A DNA stretch of 64,000 nt from an uncultured bacterium (GTDB lineage Bacteria > Edwardsbacteria > AC1 > EtOH8). The notes beneath the pieces were generated by a model. That model saw only the letters and a program-made list of their open reading frames with translations. It made no database searches and was not told where the DNA came from. A program made the position numbers and the translations under genes. Of this stretch, positions 1 through 10,068 are shown one piece after another (position 1 is the stretch's first letter; the number at the start of each line of letters is the position of its first letter). The stretch is from NCBI GenBank assembly GCA_963780225.1, contig CAWAAX010000009.1, positions 164,033 to 228,032 of the forward strand, given 5' to 3'.

Positions 1-18
1 AGGGATAGAGATAAAATC

Positions 19-2175
19 ATGGCCAACATATCGCCGATGCTGATGACCCGGCTGGTGGGCCAGTTGACCGGAGCTTTGCGCAATCTAAAGATGTATCCGG
101 CCAGCCATCCCACTTCCCAAAAATTGTTTGAAGGAAGCCTGGCGCTGATCAAGGACGCGATGGGGCCCGAAAACTTTTTAAGCTTCAGTCTGGCGGGCAA
201 TATCCTCTTGATGAATGACAAGCCGGTGCCGGATTCCCGCAAGGAAGTGTTTGCCAATTTCATTTCCGAACTGGGCAAACGCAGCGTGGGCCAGTTGACC
301 TTTAAGCAGGGCATCGACCGGGATCAGATCCAGGGGTTCTTTGAAGCCATGGCCATGGATCCGGAGCAGGTCAAGTCCAAGGGAGGCCTGGCCTCGGTGC
401 TGGCCCTTAAAGGTATATCCAATATCATCGTCACGGGAATTTCCTACGGCAGCGGAGGTGGAACCGGGACTGGGGCCGGGGGTAACGGCGGGGGTGGCGC
501 TCCGGTCGAGGGGATGCTGCCGGACCAGGTGGTGGCCATGATCAGGAGCGATCCCTCCATGGTAACCGAGATGCTGATCAAAGGGGCGCTGGCCATGGCC
601 GATACCGATCAAGGCCAGGAAAAACTGCTAAAAGACCTGGACCGGCTGGGCAACATGGTCAAGGCTCAGAGCGCCGGCGGAGGTGAATACGCCACCATGA
701 TGGCCGGCGTCATCAACGGTTTGGACCAGCGGAGCAGTCAGATGGTGGCCCAGGTCAAACTGGACAATCCCGAATGGTCCGACGTGGTGAGGGAATTGCT
801 GACCCGGTATTCCGACCAGGACTTGGTCCGGATGATAGTCAACAAGACAGAAGTGCTGGCGCTGGAGAACAAGAACGATACAGTGATACTCTCCGAGAAG
901 CTGCGGGGGATGTTGGCCTCCATTCCGGTGGAGTCCGCCCGCAAACAAGGACTACTGCCACTGGTCCAGCCCAAGCTTCAGTATTACGGACTGAGCGCCG
1001 AAGACTGCAATTTTATTTTCGGCCACGATGAGGCCACCGAGCCGGTAATGCAAAGGTATTTGCAGGACCTGACCGCCCAGCCTCCAGCCGTAATGGTGTC
1101 CGATCCGGCTTTTAAAACCCTGCGTTGGATAATACACCGGGGCGATAATTGCAAACCGGCGGTCGAGGGCTTTTTGAAGCTGCTGGGGGATGCCGACCGC
1201 GGGGTCCGGGAAGGGGTTTTGTCCAGACTGATAACGCTGGAAGGGGACCTGTTGGCCATCGAGCGTTTTGATCTGGTGGAACTGCTGATAGAAGGGATCA
1301 CATTAAGGTTGCGCCAGGAGAGCGAAGACGGGGTCTATCAACAGATCATCGAAGTCATCCAGCAGATATCCGAAGAGCTTAAACGCAAGCAGCGCCAGTC
1401 CCTGGTCAACCGGATCAGCAAGGACGTCTCGGACATCATGCTTTTGATGGCTGACAAGCCGGTGGCCAAGGACATGGTAAGGATCCTGGCCACTATCGGC
1501 GATGAGGCTGCCATCAGGTCTCTGATTTTGGCCCTGCTCAAAGATCCCATTCTGGAGGAAGCGGCCAGCGCTCTGACCAGCATTAAGGATAAGGCCCTGC
1601 TCTATCTTTTGGATACTGTCAAGGAGAGCGAGGACAGCAACATGCGGTTCAAGTGCATGTATGTGCTCAATAAAATCGGGGCCGGAGTCGAGGAGATGGC
1701 CATCAAGGCTTTGGCCGATGACCGCTGGTTTGTGCGGCGGAACATGTGCGTGCTGCTTTCGCTGATGGGCGGGGAGAAATCTCTGAGCCCGCTGGGGGCG
1801 GTGCTGGAGGACAAGGATGCCCGGATCAGACTGGAAGCCCTTAAGGCCCTTTTCAAGCTGGGCGGTCAGAAGTCCGAAGCTTGGCTGATCAGGGCCATGG
1901 GAGACAAGGATATTGAGGTTAAAAAACAGGCCATCGAATTCGCCAGCAAGGCCGGCACCGATGCCTCGGTGGATGCGCTTACCGAACTGTATTATAAAAG
2001 AGAACTGCTGGGCCGGGGCGAACCGGCCGATGTAAAAAAGCAGGTCATAATATCCCTGGGAGAACTGGGAACCAAGACCGCGGTCTCGGTATTGATGAAA
2101 ATAACCAAGGACAAAGATAACGAGCTGGCCCAGGCGGCCCAGGCGGTCCTGTCCGGAGCCCAGAAAAAATCATAA
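19..2175 (+). CDS. HEAT-repeat protein with N-terminal YPxxHP-type domain
   Basis: 718 aa; C-terminal HEAT/PBS-lyase-like repeats (LADDRWFVRRN, LEDKDARIRLEALKAL); Gly-rich linker; N-terminal MYPASHP. Confidence 0.75.
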   Translation: MANISPMLMTRLVGQLTGALRNLKMYPASHPTSQKLFEGSLALIKDAMGPENFLSFSLAGNILLMNDKPVPDSRKEVFANFISELGKRSVGQLTFKQGIDRDQIQGFFEAMAMDPEQVKSKGGLASVLALKGISNIIVTGISYGSGGGTGTGAGGNGGGGAPVEGMLPDQVVAMIRSDPSMVTEMLIKGALAMADTDQGQEKLLKDLDRLGNMVKAQSAGGGEYATMMAGVINGLDQRSSQMVAQVKLDNPEWSDVVRELLTRYSDQDLVRMIVNKTEVLALENKNDTVILSEKLRGMLASIPVESARKQGLLPLVQPKLQYYGLSAEDCNFIFGHDEATEPVMQRYLQDLTAQPPAVMVSDPAFKTLRWIIHRGDNCKPAVEGFLKLLGDADRGVREGVLSRLITLEGDLLAIERFDLVELLIEGITLRLRQESEDGVYQQIIEVIQQISEELKRKQRQSLVNRISKDVSDIMLLMADKPVAKDMVRILATIGDEAAIRSLILALLKDPILEEAASALTSIKDKALLYLLDTVKESEDSNMRFKCMYVLNKIGAGVEEMAIKALADDRWFVRRNMCVLLSLMGGEKSLSPLGAVLEDKDARIRLEALKALFKLGGQKSEAWLIRAMGDKDIEVKKQAIEFASKAGTDASVDALTELYYKRELLGRGEPADVKKQVIISLGELGTKTAVSVLMKITKDKDNELAQAAQAVLSGAQKKS

Positions 2176-2205
2176 GAATCAGAACAGAAAAACAGGTTTG
2201 AGAAT

Positions 2206-3756
2206 TTGGACAGAATAAACATCATAGATTTCGGATCGCAGTACACCCAGCTGATCGCCCGCAAGGTTAGGGAGCAGAAGGTCTATTGCCAGATCGTTCC
2301 CTGCACTGCCGGAAAAAAGAAGATACTGGAAGGCGATCCCAAGGGGCTGATACTTTCCGGAGGGCCGTCCAGCGTCTACGATCAGAACGCCCCCCGGATC
2401 GCCCCGGAGATATTCGCCTCCGGCATTCCCATCCTGGGGATCTGCTACGGCATGCAGCTGACATCCTTGCTGCTGGGCGGTAAGATTCACCGGAGCCGGG
2501 AGCGAGAGTATGGGCAGGCCAAACTTCGTTTGAATTCAAAATTCAAAATTCAAAATTCAAAATTATTCCAGGGCATCCCCGAAGAGAGCCAGGTCTGGAT
2601 GAGCCACGGGGACAGCGTTCAGGAGCCGCCCAAAGGGTTTGTGGCGCTGGCTTCCACCGCCAACTGCCGGATCGCGGCCATGGCAGACGTCAAACGGAAC
2701 ATTTACGGCCTGCAATTCCATCCCGAGGTCAACCATACCTCCCAGGGCCAAAAGATCATCGCCAACTTCCTGTTCAACATCTGCCGCTGTAAGGGCGACT
2801 GGACCATGGACTCCATCATAGAACATTCGGTGAAGGACATCCGGCAGAAGGCGGGGAGTTCCAAAATTGTGCTGGGCCTTTCCGGCGGGGTGGATTCCTC
2901 GGTGGCGGCGGTGCTGATCTCCAGGGCGGTGGGAAAGCAGCTGCACTGCATCTTTGTGGACAACGGCCTGTTAAGGCTGAACGAGCGGGCCGAGGTGGAG
3001 CGGGTCTTTAAAAAACAGTTCAAAATTCCTCTGGTGACGGTGGACGCTGCGGCCCGGTTCTACAAAAAGCTCAAAGGGGTGGACGATCCCGAACAGAAGC
3101 GGAAGATCATCGGAAAAGAGTTCATCGAGGTCTTCGCCGGGGCCGCCAAAAAGATAGGCGGGGTGGGCTTTTTGGCCCAGGGCACAATCTATCCCGACGT
3201 CATCGAATCCGTCTCTTTCAAGGGGCCGTCGGCCACCATCAAGAGCCACCATAACGTGGGCGGGCTTCCCCAGAACATGCGGAAGCTTCAACTGGTGGAG
3301 CCTTTAAGAGAATTGTTCAAGGACGAGGTCCGCCAGCTGGGGCTTTCCCTGGGCCTGCCCAAAGAAATGGTGATGCGACATCCCTTCCCCGGGCCGGGTC
3401 TGGCGGTGAGGGTTCTGGGCGAAGTGACCAGGGAGCGCTGCGACATCCTAAGGGCCGCCGACAAAATATTCATCGACGAGCTCCGGGCCGACGGCTGGTA
3501 CCCCAGGACCTCGCAGGCTTTTGCGGTGCTGCTTACGGTAAAGGCGGTGGGGGTGATGGGCGACGAGCGGACCTACCAGAATGTGCTGGCCCTAAGGGCC
3601 GTCAACACCACCGACTTCATGACCGCCGAGTGGACCAGATTACCGGAAGACCTTCTGGCCAGGATCTCCAGCCGGATAGTCAACGAGGTCAAGGGAATAA
3701 ACAGGGTGGTGTACGACATCTCCAACAAGCCCCCGGCCACCATCGAATGGGAATAG
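2206..3756 (+). CDS. guaA: GMP synthase (glutamine-hydrolysing)
   Basis: IIDFGSQYTQLIAR, GICYGMQ, QFHPEV, LSGGVDSSV, C-terminal KPPATIEWE; TTG start. Confidence 0.98.
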   Translation: MDRINIIDFGSQYTQLIARKVREQKVYCQIVPCTAGKKKILEGDPKGLILSGGPSSVYDQNAPRIAPEIFASGIPILGICYGMQLTSLLLGGKIHRSREREYGQAKLRLNSKFKIQNSKLFQGIPEESQVWMSHGDSVQEPPKGFVALASTANCRIAAMADVKRNIYGLQFHPEVNHTSQGQKIIANFLFNICRCKGDWTMDSIIEHSVKDIRQKAGSSKIVLGLSGGVDSSVAAVLISRAVGKQLHCIFVDNGLLRLNERAEVERVFKKQFKIPLVTVDAAARFYKKLKGVDDPEQKRKIIGKEFIEVFAGAAKKIGGVGFLAQGTIYPDVIESVSFKGPSATIKSHHNVGGLPQNMRKLQLVEPLRELFKDEVRQLGLSLGLPKEMVMRHPFPGPGLAVRVLGEVTRERCDILRAADKIFIDELRADGWYPRTSQAFAVLLTVKAVGVMGDERTYQNVLALRAVNTTDFMTAEWTRLPEDLLARISSRIVNEVKGINRVVYDISNKPPATIEWE

Positions 3757-4012
3757 TATTTTTTATGTTGATCCATTTATCACGGGGCAGACAGGAGCGC
3801 CTCCGCTGAAGCTTGCGCCACCGCTGTAGCTAAGGCGCACGAGGCAGTAAATATAATAGCGTAAGCGGTTGGCGCTTGAAGAAGGCCGGCATTGAAGCGT
3901 AAGCGGATTAACATGATTTCACGGGATTAATTTTCAATAAAATCCACATTCCGTCAGATACTCCGGGATCGATACAAATAGTTTTCAACAGTCCATATTT
4001 TAGGAGCATCAT

Positions 4013-4702
4013 ATGGTCGAAGATTTTGTAGATCAGGGGCAAAAGCTGGAAAAGCACGGCCACCTGGACCAGGCCCTCAATAATTATAACCAGGCGTTGG
4101 AGGCCGATCCCAACAATGCTGATGCCTGGTTCCACCGGGGCCGGATATTGAGCCGGACCGACCAGTTCGAGGAAGCCATCCAGGCTTACGACAACGCCAT
4201 CCTGATCAAGCCCGATTACGCCAAGGCCTGGTGCAATAAAGGCATTGTACTGGGAGTGCTGGACCGTGACGACGAGGCCCTCCAGGCTTTGGATCAGGCC
4301 ATCAAATTGGCCCCCGATTTCATGGAAGCCTGGTACAACAAGGGCCTGGCGTTGCGCGATCTGGGCCGTTATGACGAGGCGCAGGCTGTTTTCGATCAAG
4401 CGCTGAAGGTAAAACCGGACAGCAACGATGTCTGGTTCAGCAAGGGTCTGACCTATAAGATCATGGGACGGTATGATGAATCGCTGGCGGCCATGGCCAA
4501 GGCCTTGGAACTTTATTCGGACGACGGGGAAGTCTGTTTAGAAAAGGCCAAGGTTCATCTGCTGAAGAACCAGGCCAAGGAGGCGCTCAGCTCCATCGCC
4601 AAGGCGATAGAGGCCGATGATGATTTGAAGGAAACTGCCAAGAGCGACGAGGAACTGCAGGCTTTGTGGGAGAGCGCGGAGTTCAAGAAGCTAGTCAGCT
4701 GA
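4013..4702 (+). CDS. Tetratricopeptide-repeat protein
   Basis: Tandem 34-aa TPR units (AWFHRG, AWCNKG, AWYNKG, VWFSKG); RBS AGGAG. Confidence 0.9.
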   Translation: MVEDFVDQGQKLEKHGHLDQALNNYNQALEADPNNADAWFHRGRILSRTDQFEEAIQAYDNAILIKPDYAKAWCNKGIVLGVLDRDDEALQALDQAIKLAPDFMEAWYNKGLALRDLGRYDEAQAVFDQALKVKPDSNDVWFSKGLTYKIMGRYDESLAAMAKALELYSDDGEVCLEKAKVHLLKNQAKEALSSIAKAIEADDDLKETAKSDEELQALWESAEFKKLVS

Positions 4703-4780
4703 GAGGCAAGGCAGAACGGATACTATTTGCCACAGAGACACTGAGGCACAGAGGAATATTAAAAATCGAGGTGATATAAA

Positions 4781-6100
4781 ATGGCCAAAGTAAAAAAAGC
4801 CGTAAAAAAGAAAACCGTCAAGAAAACCGTCAAGAAAACCGTCGTAAAAAATACCTCTAAAAAACTGGTCCAGAAGAAAGCCAAAGTCCCGGCCAAAGCC
4901 AAGAAGGTCAAGAAAGTTCTACGCCGTCAACCGATAAAGCAGAAGGCAAAAAACAAAATCGCCAAGGCTACCGGGAAAAAAGTGGTGAAGGCGAAAGCGG
5001 TCAAAAAGACGGTAAGCCCCAAAGCGGCCCTGTCCGAGCCCTTGATCCTGGTTCTCAACCCCGGATCCACCTCCACCAAGGTGGCGGTCTACCGGGGGGC
5101 GAAACCTCTGGTCTCCGAGTCCATAGACCACGACAAGGCCGAGATCGAGAAATACGCCAGGATAGTGGACCAGTATCCCATGCGCAAAACCGTGATACTG
5201 GACTTTCTAACCCGCAACAAGATCGAACTTAAAACGCTGGCCGCGGTGGTGGACCGGGGCGGGCTGCTTAAGCCCATTTCCTCCGGAACCTATGTAATCA
5301 ATGAAGCCATGCTGAACGACCTGCGTGAGGCCAGGCGCGGCGAGCATATCTCCAACGTGGGGGCCTTCATCGCCAAGGAGATCGCCGAGCAGTCAGGCGC
5401 CAAGGCCTTCATCGTGGACGCGGTCTCGGTGGACGAATTTTCTCCGCTGGCCCGGATCTCCGGGCTGGCTGAGATTGAACGCAAGTCCCTGTTGCACGCT
5501 CTTAACATGAGGATGGCTGCCCTGCAGGCCTGCCAGGAACTCAATAAAAAACTAGAGCAGGTCAACCTGATCGTGGCCCATCTGGGCGGAGGCATTTCCA
5601 TTTCGCCGGTGGACCACGGAAAATTTGTGGACGTCAACAACGCCAACGAAGGCGGGCCGTTCTCGCCGGAGCGGGCCGGGGGCGTGCCCACCGGAGCCCT
5701 GGTCAAGATGTGCTTCTCCGGCAAATACACCGCCGATGAGATCAAGAAAAAACTGACCCGCAGCGGCGGGCTGTCGGCCTACCTGGGAACCAACAGGGCC
5801 AACGAGGTCAAGGACCGGGTGCTGAAAGGCGACAAGCAGGCCGAGGAGATATTCCGGGCCATGGCCTACCAGATCGCAAAGGAGATCGGGGCCTGCGCCA
5901 CGGTGCTGAAGGGGAAGGTGGACGCCATCGTGGTCACCGGGGGCGTGGCCCACAATCAGATATTCACGGATTGGATAAAAGAACGGGTAGCTTTCATCAC
6001 TTCCCAATATTTTGTTTATCCCGGCGAGGACGAGATGCCGGCTCTGGCGGCCGGTGCGCTCAGGGTTTTAAAGGGCGTGGAGAAGGCCAGGGAGTACTGA
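4781..6100 (+). CDS. buk: Butyrate kinase with Lys/Ala/Val-rich N-terminal extension
   Basis: LNPGSTSTK, RGGLLKP, HALN, HLGGGIS, GPFSPERAG, YPGEDEM; ~85 aa basic N-terminal tail; RBS GAGGTG before ATG. Confidence 0.93.
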   Translation: MAKVKKAVKKKTVKKTVKKTVVKNTSKKLVQKKAKVPAKAKKVKKVLRRQPIKQKAKNKIAKATGKKVVKAKAVKKTVSPKAALSEPLILVLNPGSTSTKVAVYRGAKPLVSESIDHDKAEIEKYARIVDQYPMRKTVILDFLTRNKIELKTLAAVVDRGGLLKPISSGTYVINEAMLNDLREARRGEHISNVGAFIAKEIAEQSGAKAFIVDAVSVDEFSPLARISGLAEIERKSLLHALNMRMAALQACQELNKKLEQVNLIVAHLGGGISISPVDHGKFVDVNNANEGGPFSPERAGGVPTGALVKMCFSGKYTADEIKKKLTRSGGLSAYLGTNRANEVKDRVLKGDKQAEEIFRAMAYQIAKEIGACATVLKGKVDAIVVTGGVAHNQIFTDWIKERVAFITSQYFVYPGEDEMPALAAGALRVLKGVEKAREY

Positions 6101-6200
6101 ACTCCGCCGTGTCACCTCTCCGAATTTATTTATAGAGAGGTTTGGGTGAGGTTCCTGCAACACAAATTATTACTAACAACCTAAACATAACGCAGCAAGG

Positions 6201-6578
6201 ATGTGCATGATGGCCCACCAGATAGACTTTGACCAGGTAAAGGGTATAATAAGGCTCATTCATTGGGAAAGCATACATAAGGAAGCTTTATTGGTATCTC
6301 ATCAGGAATTGCTGGAAAAAATAAAAGAGATGGAAGCCCCGAAAATATTGATTGATTTGAGAGAAGCAATCTTAAAGGTAGAAGATTGGGAAAAAAGGGA
6401 ATTTGCCGAATGGCACAAGCAATATGTTACCAGAAAGGCTAAAATAGCCGCCTTGATACAGGTCAACGATCCGAATTACAATGATTTTCAGCATCTTGAG
6501 ACGTTGTTTAAAAATCGCGGGATCAATTTAAGGATGTTCGACAATGAGTATGCGGCGGAGAGCTGGCTGGCGGGATGA
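6201..6578 (+). CDS. Small SpoIIAA/STAS-SEC14-like hypothetical protein
   Basis: ILIDLRE...KIAAL...MFDNEYAAESWL pattern; AT-rich relative to neighbours. Confidence 0.55.
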   Translation: MCMMAHQIDFDQVKGIIRLIHWESIHKEALLVSHQELLEKIKEMEAPKILIDLREAILKVEDWEKREFAEWHKQYVTRKAKIAALIQVNDPNYNDFQHLETLFKNRGINLRMFDNEYAAESWLAG

Positions 6579-6638
6579 ATAGTAAATGATAGTTCACTCG
6601 TAATCTTTATAAAAAAGCAAAAAACGGAGGAACCGCCC

Positions 6639-7709
6639 GTGCCCTTCAAAGTTCTGGCCATCAACCCCGGCTCTACCTCCACCAAGATAGCGGTGTATGA
6701 GGACGACAAACCGGTGTTCAAAGACACCCTGCGCCACTCGGCCGAGGAGCTGGCTCCTTTCAAGCGGATCACCGACCAGTTTGACTTCCGCAAGGAAGTG
6801 ATCGAGCAGTGCTTGGAGAAGGCCGGAATTCACGTCAAGGAACTTCATGCCATCATTGGGCGGGGAGGGCTGTTCAAGCCCATTCCCTCCGGCACCTACG
6901 CGGTCAACCAGGCCATGCTGGACTACATCAAAGCCGGCACCGGCGGGGACCACGCCTCGAATCTCGGTTGTCTGATAGCCGACGACCTGGCCCGGGATGC
7001 CGGAGTAAAGTCCTACATCGTGGACCCGGTGGTGGTGGATGAGCTCAACCCGTTGGCCCGCTACTCCGGACTGCCGGAACTGCCCCGGGTCAGCATCTTC
7101 CACGCCCTCAACCAGAAGGCGGTAGCCCGCCGGGCGGCCAGGGAACTGGGTAAAAGATACGAGGAGCTGAACCTGATCGTGGTGCACTTGGGCGGCGGGA
7201 TTTCGGTGGGGATCCATGAAAAGGGAAAGGTGGTGGACGTCAACAACGCCCTCAACGGCGATGGACCATTCGCCCCGGAGAGGGCCGGCGGCCTGCCCAC
7301 CGGCGACCTGGTAAAAATGTGCTTCTCTGGCAAATACACCATCGACGAGATGAACAAGAAGCTGGCCGGCAAGGGCGGATGCGTTTCGCACCTGGGCACA
7401 AACGATGGCCGGGAGATGGAGGAGAAGGTCAAGGCTGGGGATGCCAAAACCACGCTAATCATCGAGGCCATGGCCTACCAAGTATCCAAAACCATCGGCG
7501 AGATGGCCACGGTGGTCAACGGCCGGGTGGACGCCATCGTGCTGACCGGTTCCTTCGCCTACTTCCCGGAATTCATCGAGTGGATCAAGGAACGGGTGAG
7601 CTGGATCGCCCCGGTAAAAATGTACCCCGGCGAGGACGAGATGACGGCCCTGGCCGAGGCCGGGATGAGGATACTGAAAGGCGAGGAGCAGGCCCGGGAG
7701 TACAAATAA
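6639..7709 (+). CDS. buk: Butyrate kinase
   Basis: INPGSTSTK, GRGG, HASNLG, VDPVVVDE, FHALNQKA, GPFAPERAG, YPGEDEM; GTG start after GGAGG. Confidence 0.96.
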   Translation: MPFKVLAINPGSTSTKIAVYEDDKPVFKDTLRHSAEELAPFKRITDQFDFRKEVIEQCLEKAGIHVKELHAIIGRGGLFKPIPSGTYAVNQAMLDYIKAGTGGDHASNLGCLIADDLARDAGVKSYIVDPVVVDELNPLARYSGLPELPRVSIFHALNQKAVARRAARELGKRYEELNLIVVHLGGGISVGIHEKGKVVDVNNALNGDGPFAPERAGGLPTGDLVKMCFSGKYTIDEMNKKLAGKGGCVSHLGTNDGREMEEKVKAGDAKTTLIIEAMAYQVSKTIGEMATVVNGRVDAIVLTGSFAYFPEFIEWIKERVSWIAPVKMYPGEDEMTALAEAGMRILKGEEQAREYK

Positions 7710-7798
7710 AATCAGAATGCAAAGGCATAAGGCAGAATTGTAGAGGCAGTTTGGAAATTGTTGCTAACCGGAAGTGAATCATTTTTAAGTTAACCTTC

Positions 7799-9037
7799 AT
7801 GAAAAAAATAGTATTGTTCACCACAATAATTGCTTTAGGTGCTAACCTGTGTTTTGGTAAAGATGAACATACTGCAATAGCAGTTATGAATATTACGGCT
7901 ACTTCCGGAATTACCTTGGCTGAAGCGACTCAGCTTACCAAAAAGCTTTTAAATGAGCTGGTGTTACGTGATATGTATGATATGGTCGATCTGGATAAAC
8001 GTGACGAGGTTCTTAAGGAACAGGGCTTTCAGCAGACCGGGGCCTGCGACGAAACCAGTTGCCTGGTGGAGGCCGGGAAATTACTGGGAGTGAAAAAGAT
8101 CATTGGCGGCTGTATCGGGAAAGTAGGATCTGTTTATTCTGTTGAACTGCAGATGGTGGATGTTCTTACCGGAAAGGTCGAAAAGGTCTATTCAAACCAA
8201 TGTTCCGGCGACCCGGCCCGGCTGCTGGACCTGATGAAGGAGTCGTCCTACACTTTTGCCGGGATGACTGCGCCGCCCGAAAAAACGGTATTGCCGGCCA
8301 CCCCGCCCAGCGATCTGATCGTTTCTCCGAAAACCGTGTCAAACGAGTATGACCTCCCTCGAGGTCAGGTAGCCTTGTCAAGCGGTCTGGCGGTTTTTTT
8401 CCCCTTTAACGGAAATGCCCGCGATGAAAGCGGGAACAAAAATCACGGGAAAGTGAACAGCGCGGCGTTAACCTCCGACCGCTTCAACCGGACGGACCGG
8501 GCTTATTGGTTTGACGGCATAAATGACTATATTTTGGTTCCGGATGCTCCCTCCCTTGATCTCACCGGAGCAGTTTCGATATCCGTTTGGATCAGGCCGG
8601 ACGTTACACCCCAGATTGAAGGTGCGGCCGTAGTTTGCAAAGGTTTTGGCACCGGCGATGAGGTCTATTGCCTGGACATTACAACTTACGCTAATACCAC
8701 ATTAAGGTTTTTGATGTGGATCGGCGGGAGCTACAGGCAGAACATGACCACCGGCTGGCTGACCTCCGGCAAGGTCGGACAATGGGTGAACATCGTTGCC
8801 GTATTTGACGGGAAAGCCAGAAAATCGTGGCTCTTTGAGAACGGAAGGCTGATATCAAGCCAAAGCGGATATCCCTCCGTCCTGGACTACAATGACCATC
8901 CGTTGTCCATAGGTAGCAGGGAACAACGCCGGGGCACCGATTATAACCTGTGTTTCAAGGGGGCCATCGATGACCTGCGGATATATAACCGCGTTTTGAA
9001 TTTAAACGAGATCAAAGCACTGGTCAACGAAAAATAA
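7799..9037 (+). CDS. Secreted protein: CsgG/TolB-N-like domain plus LamG (concanavalin A-like) domain
   Basis: Signal peptide; EQGFQQTGAC...GKLLGV N-domain; FPFNGNARDESG, DRFN, FKGAIDDLRIYNRVL LamG motifs. Confidence 0.8.
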   Translation: MKKIVLFTTIIALGANLCFGKDEHTAIAVMNITATSGITLAEATQLTKKLLNELVLRDMYDMVDLDKRDEVLKEQGFQQTGACDETSCLVEAGKLLGVKKIIGGCIGKVGSVYSVELQMVDVLTGKVEKVYSNQCSGDPARLLDLMKESSYTFAGMTAPPEKTVLPATPPSDLIVSPKTVSNEYDLPRGQVALSSGLAVFFPFNGNARDESGNKNHGKVNSAALTSDRFNRTDRAYWFDGINDYILVPDAPSLDLTGAVSISVWIRPDVTPQIEGAAVVCKGFGTGDEVYCLDITTYANTTLRFLMWIGGSYRQNMTTGWLTSGKVGQWVNIVAVFDGKARKSWLFENGRLISSQSGYPSVLDYNDHPLSIGSREQRRGTDYNLCFKGAIDDLRIYNRVLNLNEIKALVNEK

Positions 9038-9063
9038 ATATAATAAACCTTAGGAATAATCTG

Positions 9064-9960
9064 ATGATCAAATCATTTCCCGACCTGATGATCCAAGCCA
9101 AGGCTAAAGGCCCCAAAAAAGTTGCGGTGGCGGTAGCCCAGGACGAGGTGGTCCTTGAGGCTTTAAGCGACGCTTTCAAAGAGAAGATAGCCACGCCGAT
9201 CCTTTTCGGAGACAAGAAGGCCATTGAAGCGGCCGCCCAGAAAGCGGGCGTGGACATAAAGGGCTGGGAGCTCCATGACATCAAGGACATGGCCGAGGCC
9301 AGCAGGGCCGCGGTTAAGGCGGTGTCGTCCGGCCAGGCCGATTTTCTGATGAAGGGCCTGGTGGCCACCTCCACCTTCCTAAAGGCCGTGCTGGATAAGG
9401 AAGTGGGCCTGCGCACCGGAAGGCTGTTGTCCCATGTGGCTGTGATGGAATCGACGTCTTATCCCAAATTGATTCTGGTCAGTGACGGCGGGATGAACGT
9501 CAAGCCCGACCTGATGGCCAAGGTGGACATCATTAACAACGCGGTGGAGATCGCCCAAAAACTGGGAGTGGAAAAACCAAAGGTGGCGGTGCTGGCGGCC
9601 GTGGAAGTGCTGAATCCTGAAATGCAGGATACCATAGACGCCGCCCACCTTTCCAAGATGAATGACCGGGGCCAGATCAAGGGTTGCCTGGTGGACGGGC
9701 CGCTGGCCCTGGACCTGGCGGTCTCGGCCGAGGCGGTGGCTCACAAGAAGATCAAGAGTCCGGTGGCCGGCGAGGCCGACATTTTCATAACTCCCGAGAT
9801 CGCCTCGGGCAACATGCTGGTCAAGGGGTTGATCTACCTGGGCGGGGCCCAGGCGGCCGGAATAATAGCCGGTGCGGCCAGGCCGGTGGTGATGCTGTCC
9901 CGGGCAGATTCTAAGCAACAGAAGATAAATTCCATTGCTTTGGGAGTAGTCAGCTGCTGA
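9064..9960 (+). CDS. ptb: Phosphate butyryltransferase
   Basis: LMKGLV, LLSHVAV, SDGGMN, VDGPLALDLAVS, GNMLVK, LSRADS. Confidence 0.95.
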   Translation: MIKSFPDLMIQAKAKGPKKVAVAVAQDEVVLEALSDAFKEKIATPILFGDKKAIEAAAQKAGVDIKGWELHDIKDMAEASRAAVKAVSSGQADFLMKGLVATSTFLKAVLDKEVGLRTGRLLSHVAVMESTSYPKLILVSDGGMNVKPDLMAKVDIINNAVEIAQKLGVEKPKVAVLAAVEVLNPEMQDTIDAAHLSKMNDRGQIKGCLVDGPLALDLAVSAEAVAHKKIKSPVAGEADIFITPEIASGNMLVKGLIYLGGAQAAGIIAGAARPVVMLSRADSKQQKINSIALGVVSC

Positions 9961-10068
9961 TGCCCCGTGCTGACAAGGCCCTGTACCAGATCAAGAATAC
10001 CGGCAAGGAGTTGGTTTTCATAAGTTGTCCCTTGGGCTGGATTTCAACCAGAAACGACCAAATGAAAA

